From: Squalus acanthias
Taxonomy: Eukaryota
Direction: 5' to 3'
Assembly (NCBI GenBank): GCA_030390025.1
Contig: CM059432.1
Coordinates: 16,370,001-16,434,000, forward strand
DNA length: 64,000 bases
The position numbers were made by a program, and so were the translations under genes. A model generated the notes under the pieces. That model ran no database searches. It saw nothing but the letters and a program-made list of their open reading frames with translations, and had not been told where the DNA came from. Position 1 is the first letter of the stretch, and the number at the start of each line of letters is the position of its first letter. This document shows positions 11,971 to 25,094 of the stretch, in pieces.

Positions 11971-13599
11971 AAAAACATGCCTTTGCAGAATAAAATGAAC
12001 ACATTGACATTGGAAAGATGCAGAGCTCAGGGGACTGCAAATTAGTACTGCAAAGGTGGAAGCCTCTCACTCACTCACGGTAAGAACACAAAATGCAGCA
12101 ATAGAAACTGAAGGTTTGTTGGGCCATTTTATGTATAGAGCAAAAGTCACATCATGCATGGCTGAAATGTCTCAATTTTAACAAACCAATATCCCTAGTA
12201 CTTCATCCCACTGATATTTTGCAGACTGTACACATGATAAAGAGTAAACAAGAACAAATTTGCATCATACCAGAAACAGATATCTGTAATACGTTAAACA
12301 CTTATGCCCCAAATGTCATCAGGGCCTTGAGTCTACCTGGGTTTGGGAGGGTGGGGGGGGGTTTATTGCATCAGTCGAGGACTGGTGGGGACAGGAAACG
12401 TGGTGGAACCCAGTCTGTGCCCTAAAGATATTTACAAACAATTTTCCTAGGAGGGCAGGTGGTAGTTTTGACTATCACGTGGAAACCCGGTTGGACCAGC
12501 CACATCCACCAGAATTCCCTCTTCTCCTGGATCATCTGCCCCAAACTTAATGGACTACAAAGTGTTCCAAGCCAGTCAATTCCTACTTCAAACAAATGCT
12601 GCAGTTGGACCTACCTGCTTCCCGAGAGGTTGGCCAGCACCACATTTTTCTCCCCCCATCTAATGGGCACCCAAGATACATCAATACTGCCATGGGCACC
12701 TGCTTGTTTTATGTTAACTGCCTGACCCCAGAGATTCAAGGACAAGCTCTCAGGTCATCAGCGGGCACAATTCTAGCTCCACCATATTTACGGCAAGTGA
12801 GCCTGGTATTTAGCACTTAGAAATATTGTTACAGCTTTTTATGGTTTCTAACAGTTCTCGAGATCACAGTGGGAAGGAAGAGAAAGAAACTCAAGTGAAA
12901 TTTCATAATACGCAGTAATAATTCAAGATAGAAGCCCCACATTCACCTATAACATTCAGAAATACACAAGGTTATCACTAGGATTTCAGTAAAGTCTAAT
13001 GGTGTGTGAAGCTTTCACACAGCAGCACTGTAACCGTTTTAACACCCATTATGACAATTATAGGTTTTGTCCTTCCAATTGTGGGTTACATCTGGAGAAA
13101 GGATCGAGTTATCCAACATTTCGTTGAAGTAACAGTAGTGCTGGTGTTGGTGGCTGTGATGAAAGGTGATGAATAGTAATACACATTGCTTTAAATGCAA
13201 TTTTTTCTGCTGCATATTGGTACTAAAGAAGCCAAATTATAGCATTGCCGGGACTTGAGATGCATATTCCTCCTTTCATAAACAACTCATTTTCATCGGG
13301 GTTAACACAACAAAAGCAAAGGTTAAAAAGTGAAGTATACCAAATATTCTGCTCTAAGCCTTGTATGGACAGTATGCCTTTTGTTTTTCCAGCTGTCTCA
13401 AGTTCTCACATTAAAACCAAATGATTTGTAATTACAGGATTCAATGGATAGAGGTTAGAAACCCATTAAAATTGAAGATGAGGGCTTATAAGAATTATAA
13501 TAATGAAAAACTGAGAATATGATAAGAAAATAAGTTAATAAGCAGGATAAGGATAGCTACAAGGGGATACGAGGAAAATATTTTTAAAAAATCAAAAGA

Positions 13600-14700
13600 A
13601 CTGTATTTTACAAATACATCAATAAAAAGAAAATTGTTAAAGGCAAGGTTGGACCCCTGAGATCATCAATTTGTAGATGATGATTAAAAAATGGCATAAG
13701 TATTTAATAAGTACTTCACATTGGTCTTTACTAAAGGAGAAGGATATCTAAGAGGTGAATCCTGAACTGGTTGAGAGCAAGATGAGCGATATTCTGATGG
13801 ATAAAAGGAAAATTTTAATTAATTTAATCAGGCTAAAAGGAAGACTGAACCTCAGGCCAATGGAATACATCCGACAATCCTGAGGGAGATGAGGGAGGAA
13901 ATTGCCGGGCCCCAGAAATTATATTTCAAGGATCTATTAAATATGGATATGTGCTGGAGGACTGGAGAGTGGTCAAGCTGGTACCCACTTTCAAAAAGGG
14001 AGACGGAGCTAATACAGGCCCGTGAGTTTAACACATGGTGGGGAGAAATTTTAGAGTTACTAATTAAGGATGAAATTACCACATATCTGTATGAAGAGAA
14101 AACTATTATAAGTAGCGAGGATATCAAAAGGGACAATCTGCTTGACAAAACTCTGAATTTTTTGAAGAGGTAACAGACATGGTAGAGGGGGGAAATGCAG
14201 TGAAAAGTAATTTTAGGAAAGCCTTTGACAAGGTACTAAATAGGTCAAGATTAAGACACATGGAATTAGGAGAAGAATAGAAAACTAGATTTAAAGTTGG
14301 TTAGGAAAGAGAAAAGAGTAGGAGTTAACCTAAAAGCAGCACCTCAAGTTGAAAAAGGTGAGAAAAAAAATGCTAATGGCATTCAAGGTTTTATTACAAG
14401 ACAGTTTGGATATAAAAGCCAAGATGCAGTGATGAGCCATATAAAACCTTAAAACCTGGTTATAGTGTGTGCAGTATTGGATTTCACATTGTAGGAAGAA
14501 TATCGAGGCTTTACAGAGGGCACAATGCTGATTCAGTAGGATGCGCCTGGTAATCAGGAAATACTATAGTAAAAAAAAGTGAAAAACTGGGGCTTCCTCC
14601 ATCCAAACAGATTACAGGGCAAGTGTTTAAAATTATTTAAGGATGGGACATGATAGATGGAAGTAGACAGTTTTCAATCTAGAACAAGGGCCACAGATAC
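13600..14700 (+). mobile_element. Old decayed CR1
   Basis: Recognisable remnants such as GGAATACATCCGACAATCCTGAGGGAG and AAAGCCTTTGACAAGGTAC. Confidence 0.7.
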
Positions 14701-14904
14701 ACAATTAATATGAAATAGGAATTGCTAAATGAAAAAAGACCCATGATAGAGTTCACCTTCTATCATCCTAGTGATCGCATGATACAACAATAAAAGAGTT
14801 GTTAACTTTATGTTGCAATCAATTTCTATCAATTAGTCTACAACAGACCCACACGAGGCGAGGATAACCCGCCAATGGTGGAGTGCTTTGGGAACCATAG
14901 GTCC

Positions 14905-16942
14905 GCAGTCTACCATTACCATCAAGCCAGGGGACCGACCCTGGTTCAATAAGGAACGTAGAAAAGCATGCCAGGAGCAGCACCAGACGTACCTGAAAAC
15001 GAGGTGCCAACCTGGGTAGGCTGCAACACAGGACTACATACATGCTAAAAAGCGGAAGCAGCATGCTATAGACAGTGCTAAGCGATCCCACAATCAACAG
15101 ATCAGATCAAAGCTCTGCAGTCCTGCCACATCCAGCCGTGAATGGTGGCGGAACTTTAAACAACTAACAGGAGGAGGCTCCATGAATATCCCCATTCTCA
15201 ATGATGGTGGAGCCGAGCACGAGTGCAAAAGACAAGGCTGAAGCATTTGCAACCATCTTCAGCCAGAAGTGCCGAGTGGATGATCGATATCGGCCTCCTC
15301 CTGAGGTCCCCACCATCACAGAAGCCAGTCTTCAGCCAATTCGATTCACTCCACGTGATGTCAAGAAACTGCTGAGCACACTGGATACAGCAAAGGCTAT
15401 GGGCCTCGACAACATCCCAGCTATAGTGCTGAAGACTTGTGCTCCAGGACTAGCCGCACCTCTAGCCAAGCTGTTCCAGTACAGCTACAACATTGGCATC
15501 TATCTGACAATGTGGAAAACTGCCCAGGTATGTCCTGTCCAAAAAAAGCAGGATAAATCCAATCCGGCCTATTACCGCCCCATCAGTCTACTCTCAATCA
15601 TTAGCAAAGTGATGGAAGGTGTCATCGACAGTCCTATCAAGCAGCACTTACTCACCAATAACCTGCTCACTGATGCCCAGTTGGGTTTCGCCAAGACCAC
15701 TCAGCTCCTGACCTCATTACAGCCTTGGTCCAAACATGGACAAAGGAGCTGAATTCCAGAGGTGAGGCGAGAGTGATTGCCCTTGACATCAAGGCAGCAT
15801 TTGACCGAGTGTGGCATGAAGGAGCCCTAGTAAAACTGAAGTCAATGAGAATCAGGGGGAAAACTCTCCACTGGCTGGAGTCATACCTAGCACAAAGGAA
15901 AATGGTTGCAGTGGTTGAAGATCAATCACAGTTCCAGGTCATCGCTGCAGGAGTTCCTCAGGGCAGTTTCCTAGGCCCAACCATCTTCAGCTGCTTCATC
16001 AAAACCTTCCCTCCAACATAAGGTCAGAAATGGGGATGTTGGCTGATGACTGCACAGTGTTCAGTGCCATTTACAACTCCTCAGATAATGAAGCAGTCCA
16101 TGCCCGCATGCAACAAGACCTGGATGACGTTCAGGCTTGGGCTGATAAGTGGTAGGTAACATCCACACCACAGAAGTGCTAGACAGGGACTATCTCCAAC
16201 AAGCGAGAGTCTAACCACCGCCCCTTGACATTCAACGGCATTACCATCGCCAAATCCCCCATCAACAACATCCTGGGGGTTACCATTGACCAGAAATTTA
16301 ACTGGACCAGCCACATAAATACTGCGGCAACAAGAGCAGGTCAGAGGCTAGGTATTCTGCAGCGAGTGTCTCACCTCCTGACTCCCCAAAGCCTTTCCAG
16401 TATCTACAAGGCACAAGTAAGGAGTGTGATGGAATACTCTCCACTTGCCTGGATGAGTGCAACTCCAACAACACTCAAGAAGCTCGACACCATCCAGGAC
16501 AAAGCAACTCGCTTGATTGGCAACCCATCCACCACCTTAAACATTCACTCCCTTCACCACCGGCGACCGTGGCTGCAGTGTGTACCATCTACAAAATGCA
16601 CTGCAGCAACTCGCCAAGGTTTCTTCAGCAGCAATTCTCAAGCCCACGACCTCTTCCACCTAGAAGGACATGGGCAGCAGGCGCATGGGAACACCACCAC
16701 CTCCAAGTTCCCCTCCAAGTCACACACCATCCTGACTTAGAAGTATATCGCCGATCCTTCATCGTCACTGGATCAAAATCCTGGAACTGCCTACCTAACA
16801 GCACTGTTGGAGTACCTTCACCACATGGACTGCAGTGGTTCAAGAAGGTAGCTCACCACCACCTTCTCAAGAGCAATTATGGATGGACAATAAATGCTGG
16901 CCTTGCCAGCAACACCCACATCCCATAAACGAATAAAAAAAG
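14905..16942 (+). mobile_element. 5'-truncated CR1-group LINE (different family), frameshifted RT
   Basis: Peptide motifs YRPISLLS, LDIKAAFDRVWH, GVPQGSFLGP, QVRSVMEYS; A-rich 3' end. Confidence 0.9.
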
Positions 16943-17939
16943 TCACCTGTTCCTCACACGAATTCTACAGTTACCGCATGTTACTCATATCATTTTCTGA
17001 AAGAAATCTAATTTGCATTTGAATCAATTTTCTGCGTCTGCTGTTCCCCATGGAGCCTGTTCCATAGATTTACCACTCCCTCACTGAAATAATGTTTCCA
17101 CAGAGTAGTTTTGAATTTACCCCCTTTCAGCACAGGTTGTGTTCTCGGATTCTACTGTTCTGGACAAAATGAAATCGCTTGTTATGGTCTACATTATCTA
17201 GTCCCTTTAGAATCCTAAAAACTGCAATCATATCACTTTACAACCTTCTCTTGTCCAGTGAGAACATGCCCAATTTACATAATCGCTCATCATAATCCAA
17301 TCCCTCCCTTGTTGCTGTCTTCTGAATCCTCAATAGCTGCAATATCCTATTTGTACTACAGTGACCAGAACAGTACACAGTATTCCAAGTGTGGTCACAA
17401 TGATTTATAAAGGGGCAGAATTATCCCACAATTTCAGCTTAATATTGACCTTATGATACATCCCAACATCTGATTTGCTTTACTCAATGCTACTGAACAT
17501 TATCACGATAGCTTCAATTTATTGTCAATCATGACCCCCAGATCTCTTTCATTTTACATAGAAAGCAAGAGAAACCTCTTTAGAGAAGTGTGAAGCTGTG
17601 GAATTCACTACTGGAGCTACTAGTTGAGGCAGAATCTGTCTCAGCATTCAAAACTAGACTGGATAGATGGATGAAGGAATGTGGGAAAGATATTTATGAT
17701 TAGGACTACATGCTTGGATTGAGGGTAAATACCAACATGAAGAGTCTTTTACCGTGTTGTAACTTCTTTGTGTCTCTGTGGATGGTTGCGATCCCTTTTA
17801 TTTAGGTTAATGCATCAAATTAATTGACTTTTGCCAAAAGTATTCCATAAACACTGCACTGCGAAACAAGTCATTATACTTTCACACTTTGAATTCCACA
17901 ACAGACAATCCTTGTTCAAAGTCAAATTATAGTAAAACA

Positions 17940-19950
17940 GTAAAAGAATAACTAACGGGCAAGGCTTGCTAGAGACAAAAGGAAACCTTCTCATGAACGA
18001 AGGAATGGGTACTAAATGAGTACTTTGCCTCGACTTTTTATGGAAATTAACAGTGGAAATGAAAAAATACGAGAGGTGGAGGAATTAGTATAACTATAGA
18101 TAAGGAAGTATTATCAAAAAAAATTGGAACTCAAAAGTGGAAACGGCAACAGGCTGAGGGCAAAAAGGTAAAAGGATAAACTAGGTAACTATAGGCCAGT
18201 CAGCCTAACATTGGTAGTAGTAAGTTTCTAGAGGCCATCGTCAACACTTAGAAAGACAGGTTAATTAAGATCAGCCAGTACACATTTGTTAAAGGCAGGT
18301 CATGCCTGACAAATTTCAGAGTTCTCTGAAGTAGTAACAGAATGGAATGATGAAGGAAATTCAGTGGATATTGTGCATATAAATTTACACAAGGCCTTCA
18401 ATAAGATGTCACATAGGAGGCATGTTGATAAAAATCAAGGTAAAGGAAATTTGGCAGCATGTGTAGGAAGTTGGCTAAAGCAAAATAAAAGTTGTTAACA
18501 TGCTCTTCGTATGAGAGGGATGCCAATAGTGGTGTCTTCCAGTACAAGTTGGCTGCTGCGTTTGGCTACATAACTTACATTCATATAGCATCTTTAACAT
18601 AGTAAAAACGTTCCAAGGAGTTACACAGGAGCGTAATCAGAAGTAAAATTTACACCGAGCCAAAGAAGGAGAAATTAGGACAGGACGGGTAGGTTTTAAA
18701 CAGCATCTTAAAGGAGCAGAGGGAGGAGAGGAAGAGAGGTTTGTGAAGGGAATTCCAGACCTTAGGGATGGCTGAAGGCACGGCCGACAATGGCGGGCCG
18801 AAGGAAGTGGCAGATGCAAAAGAGGCCAGCGTTGGAAGAACGTAGAGTTCTGGGAGGGAAGGAGGAGGTTAGAGTTAGGGAAGGGCAAGGCCATGGAGAG
18901 ATTTTAATATGAGGATGAGATTTTAAAATTGCAGCGTTGATGGACCAGGAGCCAATGTAGGTCAGTGAGTACAGGGATGATGGGTGAACGGGACTTGGTG
19001 CAAGTAACAGCAGTAACTATCTTTCAAAAGTTATTAATGACTATGATTTTTTGGGGCATCGAGAATGTGAAAAGTGCTAGACAAATGTAAGCTTTTTGTC
19101 TCTTATACATATGACTTGGACTCAGGTGTAGGGGGCGCGATATCGAAATTTGCAGCTGACAAAATAGGGAATGTGTTACTTTAACTATATGCAATTTCAG
19201 GGAAAAAGGGTTAACAGATTGGGCAGATGGATATCAGATGAGACTTAATGCAGAGAAATGTGAGGTGATACATTGCAGAAGAACAAGGAAAGAAAATACA
19301 AACTAAATAGTAACACATTAAAAGGTAGAAGACACACATTTAGGGATTCAGATACAGAAATCTTTAAAAGTAGGACAAATTCAAAAAGCACTTGGAATCC
19401 TAGGTTTTATAAATGGTGGTAGAGTCAAAAGCAATATAGAGAAATTAATTAAGCTATAGTTAAGATTGTATATCTAGTTTTGGGCAGCCCACTTTAAAAA
19501 AGATGTTAATGCCGCAGAGGGGTTGCAGATGAGATTTACTGAGATGATACGACATTTAGTTTTGAGGAGATATTACAGAAGCTTTTTCACAAACAATAAA
19601 AGTTAGAAGATCTAATAGGTGCCCAAAATGATACACTGTTTTGATAAGGTAAATAGGGATAAACTATTTCCACTGGTCATTGAGTCAATAACTAATAGGC
19701 ATAAATTTAAGATAATCACAAAGAATGAAGGGAGGTTCTGTGAATTTTACACAATAGTTTTAAGACATGAAATATTCCAACAGATAGAGTGGTATGAACA
19801 GAGTCCATAATTGCATTCATAAAGGGAAATGGATAAATACTTTAAATATCAACATTTAAAAGGGTATGGGAATAAGTAGATCATTCTTTCAGAGAGCCCG
19901 CATAGGGGTGATGGTCTAAATCGCCTCTGGTTCTGTAGGATTCTATGAGG
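17940..19950 (+). mobile_element. Old decayed CR1 interrupted by a minus-strand L2 3' fragment (about 18575-19015)
   Basis: Remnants AACTATAGGCCAGTCAGCCTAAC, AAATTTGCAGCTGAC and GAAATGTGAGGTGATACAT; TTCTATG-type end. Confidence 0.7.
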
Positions 19951-20829
19951 ACACTAAAAATCAAAAACTTACAACAGTAGCAAACCCAACTGCAGACCAT
20001 TCTAGCATCATAGCAAAATATACAAGGTTACATTTAGTGTGGATCTTTGTAGGCTACATAAAAGGTCTTGCACATTTCTCTCAAAAAAAATCTAACAGCA
20101 AAGTTCTCTTTCTCCAAGTGTCAAGTTGAAATGTGTTATGGTGAATATTTAGTTATAGTGCAACCTCCTTTTTTTTCTCTCTCGCTCTCTCTCTCTCACA
20201 CACTCACACACTTTATGTAACCTATAATCTCTTTTCACTTATGAAACCACCCAATCCAGTTTACTTTCTCCGGTAATTTAAGACCGAATAGCGAACAACT
20301 GTCCACTTCTCATCAAATCTTGCAAGTTAAAGTTAAAATACTTGCGAAGTACCATCGAGTGTTTGCGTCCATGAGTTGAACCATCACAACAACATTTGAT
20401 GGTAAACCCCACACCGCACTCCTTTTGCTGTATTTAGAAAAACAACAGAGCCTCTCCTTTTTGGTCATGTTTGATTTGGGAAAAGCGAAAAAAAAACACC
20501 TATCAAATGTAAAGTAAACCAGAGAAAATTCTCTTAAACCCCTTCCCATTTACTGCACTGAATGCTGGCGGCAAGGAACTCGGCCTGACTTGCCAGAGGA
20601 GGTCAAGGCTTCCCTTTGCACTCAATCCGCCTTGGCCCCCTCATCGCTTGCAGTGCCCGAGCCCGAGGCTTGCGTGAGGCCTAGTGCAAAAACAGGTAGG
20701 GGACAGAGGCTGGGTGCAAACCCAACACCGGGACATCAGAACAAAAAAACACTCCTCCACCTTAAAAACAAACAAATAGATTTTTTTTTTTAAAACACAC
20801 ACATTTTTACAAACCCAACAACGACTTAC

Positions 20830-20851
20830 CGGGATCGGCTGCCGAATACAT
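20830..20851 (-). CDS. AGO2: Argonaute-2(-like) coding exon 1 (MYSAADP + 1 nt)
   Basis: Reads ATG TAT TCG GCA GCC GAT CCC G|GTAAGT on the minus strand. The 22-nt coding exon resembles human AGO2 MYSGAGP, lies next to a CpG island, and its phase 1 fits exon 2. Confidence 0.88.
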
Positions 20852-21039
20852 GTTCGGTTTCAATGGGAGGGAAGCAGTTTATATATAAAATTATATGACA
20901 GACGGGAACAAAACAACGCGCCTGAGAAGAAAACGGGTAGGGAAGAAGAAAAACATCAATAATTCCCCCCGATGGACCGACAGATTATAGAAAAGGAGAC
21001 AGAGAGGGGTTGAGAGTGAGGGGGTGTGTGTGAGAGAGA

Positions 21040-21400
21040 GAGAGAGACGCCAACTGCCTGCTGGCCGGCCGCCCGCTGGGGAGATGGCTCCGCGCGCAGG
21101 CGCAGGAGGAGGCGGGCGAGCGCCCGGCGTGCTGACGTCGCCGGCTCCCGCCTCTGGCAGGCGCGCCCGGCGTCCTGACGTCAACGGCTTTCACACCCAA
21201 CCCCCCCCTCTCCTCCTCCGCTCCCGCTCCCGCCCCCGCCCCCGCCCCCGCTGGGACCTCGCGCCTCTGACACGCGCGCCCGCCATTCGAAACAGGCGAG
21301 GGCGCCAAAGCGGCGGCGGCGGCGCGCGTGCGGGGCGGGGCTAGTGGTGGGGGTGGGGGGGGAAGGGTGCGCGTGCTCCAGGCTGGCGTTCCATTGTCGC
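21040..21400 (-). promoter_or_regulatory. CpG-island promoter of the AGO2-like gene with GC boxes and CRE motifs
   Basis: Very GC- and CpG-rich stretch immediately 5' of exon 1. TGACGTCA at 21176-21183, TGACGTCG at 21133-21140, repeated CCCGCCCC at about 21230-21250, GGGGCGGGG at about 21331-21340. Confidence 0.8.
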
Positions 21401-21603
21401 CAGCAGCTGCTGTTAACCACTTGTAACCGAGAGTACGCGGCAGGCACTGGAGAAGGAAGGAAGGCAGGCAGGCGTGCCGTGCAGCACAGTTTAGCTGTAC
21501 ACGGTTGCACACCTGTGCATGTTGCAACTCTTTTGGTTCAAACTTAAATTGCCATCACCCATTAGGAGGAAGTAAGTGCCACCCCCACCCCCACTTCTTA
21601 AGT

Positions 21604-22470
21604 AAAAGAAAAGACTTGCATTTTTATATAGCACCTTTCATGACCACCGGACCTCCCAAAGCGCTTTACAGTCAATGAAGTACTTTCTGAAGCATAGTCA
21701 CTGTTGCAATGTAGGAAACACAGCAGCCAATTTGCGCACAGCAGGCTCCCACAAACAGCAATGTGATAATGACCAGATAATCATTGTTTTGGTTATGTTG
21801 ACTGAGGGATAAATATTGGCCAGGACACCGGGGAGAACTCCCCTGTTCTTCTTGGAAATAGTCTTCTCTTAGGCAGTCCCTCGGAACCGCGGATGAATTG
21901 CTGCCACATTAAAAATGAGTTCTCAGGTGACTGATGAGTCCAATGCGGGACCTACAGTCTCTGTCACAGGTGGGGCAGACGGTGGTTGAAGGGGCAGGTG
22001 GGTGGGGTGCTTGGGTTGACGTGCGCTCCTTCCGCTGTTTGCGTTTGGCTTCCGCTTGCTCCCGGCGAAGAGACTCGAGTGTTCGGCGCCTTCCCAGATG
22101 CTTCTCCTCCACTTTGTGCGGTCTTGGGCCAGGGATTCCCAGGTGTCAGTGGGGATGTTGCACTTTTTCAAGGAGGCTTTGAAGGTGTCCTTGAAGCGTT
22201 TCCTCTGCCCACCTGGGGCTCTCTTGCCATGCCGGAGATAGTGAAAATAGTGCCACGGGATCTTTTACATCCACCTGAGAAAGAGGAGACGGGGCCTCAG
22301 TTTAACGTCTCATCCAAAAGACGGCACCTCCGACAGTGCAGCACTCCCTCAGCATTGCACTGGAGTGACAGCCTAGATTTTTGTGCTCAAGTCTCTGGAG
22401 TGGGACTTAAACCCACAACCTTCTGACTCAGAGGCAAGTGTGCTACCCACTGAACCACTGGTTGACACAT
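21604..22470 (-). mobile_element. SINE (same family as 37340) interrupted by an RTE fragment
   Basis: The two halves are colinear with the 37340 copy once 21863-22244 is removed. Confidence 0.8.
21863..22244 (-). mobile_element. RTE/BovB-like LINE 3' fragment with AAATAGT target-site duplication
   Basis: Peptide WESLAQDRTKWR...CPTCDRDCRSRIGLISHLRTH (RTE-type C-terminus); AAATAGT at 21856-21862 and 22245-22251. Confidence 0.8.
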
Positions 22471-22539
22471 GACAGAGGTGCATGTTGACTCTTATAGCAG
22501 GCAGTTGCCTATTTGAAGTTAAGCATGTAAGGGGCACAA

Positions 22540-22690
22540 CCAAGAAAAACTAACTTAAACCAAAATTAATGGAAACTTAACAAATTAAATCAAAATTCTC
22601 TTTTGGGGGGGTGATGAAGCACTCCACTCCCTCCGGTGCCCACCGGTCGCGGAAGGCCCCAAGCGTGCCGGTGGACACCCAAGGGCGAAC
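22540..22690 (-). mobile_element. Probable Tx1/L1-clade LINE 3' end fragment
   Basis: Minus-strand peptide VSTGTLGAFRDRWAPEGVECFITP resembles Tx1-type ORF2 C-termini (from memory of the family). Confidence 0.5.
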
Positions 22691-22989
22691 AGACATGTGC
22701 ATGTTGCTACACTTTTGCTGATCATACTACTGTAACAACTTGCATTCATTTAGTGGATTTACCCCCTTCTGAAACTGTGATGTGGTGGAACACATTATCT
22801 TCCTCTCCTTTGTTCATAGAATCATAAAAATCATTCGGCTCGTCGTGCCTGTGCTGGCTCTTTGAAAGAGTAGTCGTGCTTAGTCCCACATCCCCACTTT
22901 TTGACTGTAACCCTGTAAGTTCCTCATCTTCAAGTACCCGTCCAAATCCCTTTTAAAATTATTGATGGAATCAGCTCCCACCTCGTTTG

Positions 22990-23690
22990 TTTCTATTCTT
23001 ATCAAATCATAATCAGATTATCTACAGCAATGGCTTCTCTTTCCGCCACAGCACCGTTACCTCCGGAGTCCCGAAGGATCTATCCTTGGCCCTGTTCTCT
23101 TCCTCGTCTACATGCTGCCAATTTGTCACATCATCTGAAGACATGGGGGTCAGTTTCCATATGTGCATTGATGACGCCCAGCTCTATCTCTCCACCACCT
23201 CTCTCAACCTCGGCATTGCCTCTGTGTCATCAGACATCTTATCTGACATCTAGTCTTCGGATTTTCTCCAGTTAAACATTGGGGAAACAAAGCCATTGTC
23301 TTCGGCTCTTCCACAAACTCCGTATCCATACTACTGATTCCATCCCCTTCACAGGCCATTATCTCAGGTTGAATCAGATTATTCACGACCTCAGCATCCT
23401 AGTCAACTCTGCCCTCATATCCTCCATCACAATGGCCACCGACTTCCATTTCTGTAACATCGCCTACCACCACCCCTGCTTCAGTCCTTCTGCTGCTAAA
23501 GCTCTCATCCACGCCTTTGTCACCACCCGACTCAACTATTCCAATGCTCTCCCGGCCAATCCTTCATCCTAGTTGCTCTGTAAAGTTCAGCTCATCCAAA
23601 ACTCTGCTATCCATATCCTATTCCATAACAAGTATTGCTAACCCATCGCTCCTGTCCTTGCTGATCTACATTGGCTCCCAGTCCCCCAAT
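22990..23690 (+). mobile_element. Decayed L2 fragment
   Basis: Peptides TSGVPK.., DDAQLYLS, LIHAFVTTRLNYSNAL. Confidence 0.75.
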
Positions 23691-23747
23691 GCTCACTTTG
23701 ATGGTCTCTCAAGCGCTATCCTACACCAACTCTATACAGGACACCTA

Positions 23748-24551
23748 GGGGGCAATTTTGCCAATGGGGGCGCATTGGAGGCGGGACTGCTGCTTGTCGG
23801 GTTTTAGTCCCGCCTCCATCGACTTGTGGCCAACCCACGCTATTTTCCCTTGATTGACCTTGTTAAGCCCGCCCAGCGGGCTTAGCAGGCCAATTAAGGG
23901 GAAGCCGGTTACAGCGTATGACGTTTCATCTGTCAAAAAATTTTGATAGATGAATTGTCATCGTTTGACAGCTCTGTGAAGCTGTCAAACACTGACATTC
24001 TATGTTGTTTGATGATTTCTTGTATTCAAGACTCATCAAACCTCTTTTGTGAGCAGAAATTAGATGGTTGTTGTATTGGAGAATGCAGCAGCCATCTGTC
24101 ATCTCTGCCGGTGAGATGCGAGAGTCTCCGCATCCCCAACTGTTGAAGCCTGCAGGAAGAAACAAAGGTAAGTAAACATTTTCTATCACTTTTCACTCAC
24201 CTCACATACTTACCTCTCCACACTTGCACCCATCACTCACCTCCACAGCGCACTTTTGCACCCCGCAGACCCACTGCTCGCCTCGGTGACCCTAGCGGGG
24301 TTTCCCAACATCGGGAAGCCCGCGCCTCTGTTGGAAAAATGGAGATAATCCTCTTAACAGGCAGTTAAGTGGCTGTAATCCCCTTCCTGCCTCCAGGAGA
24401 CGGGACCCGGCGCGGGTCGGCTACCCGCCTCCTGGGAAGATGGCACGGAGGCGGGTTGGGGGGCGGGATGGGCACCCGCCCCCAGATTCTGCCATTTTCC
24501 CGGCAGTCCCGCCTCCATACCCGCCTCCCCAGGGCTGGCAAGATCGCGCCC
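23748..24551 (+). mobile_element. PIF/Harbinger-like MITE with internal palindromes, inserted in an L2
   Basis: GGG...CCC termini; homologous in opposite orientation to 49375-50207. Confidence 0.7.
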
Positions 24552-25094
24552 TATATCCCTGTGCTCTTACCAACCTTCACTGTGTCCTATTACCTGATGT
24601 CAAATTTAAAATCTTTGCTCCGCAATACCTCTTTAACTTCCTCCAACATACCAGCTCGTTCCTGTTTGGACTATTCTGCATCTCCCCTACCTCCGCTGTA
24701 CCATCTGTGGCAGAGCCTTCAGCCCAGTAGCATAGGCAGGGGATGTTCAGCGTATTCAAACACAGCCTGAAATTTCTATGATTTTTTTTTTACTGGACCA
24801 CCCCTTATTTCGAAAGAACATGCCTTAGATCAATCACTTGATAGATTACAGAAACAATGACTGTTCTTCCAGAGCTGGTCAGTTCCGCAGTTTAATCAGT
24901 GAAAAATGATTAGTTGGGCTTGTGCTTCTAAATGTTCACCAAGATATTGCAGTGAGTAGGAGCAAAGTTATTGATAAACTCGTGACACATAACCAGCGCC
25001 TGGACTTTGTGCGTTAGAGTTTTTGTCCGACATGACTGTTTTTCTTTTCACTTGATTTATTTGAATTGATAGATTAATGCAAGTAATAATGTTT

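Noticed and set aside
20985..21547. Overlapping ORFs of 67-180 aa
   Set aside because: Expected by chance in a GC-rich CpG island; low-complexity peptides.
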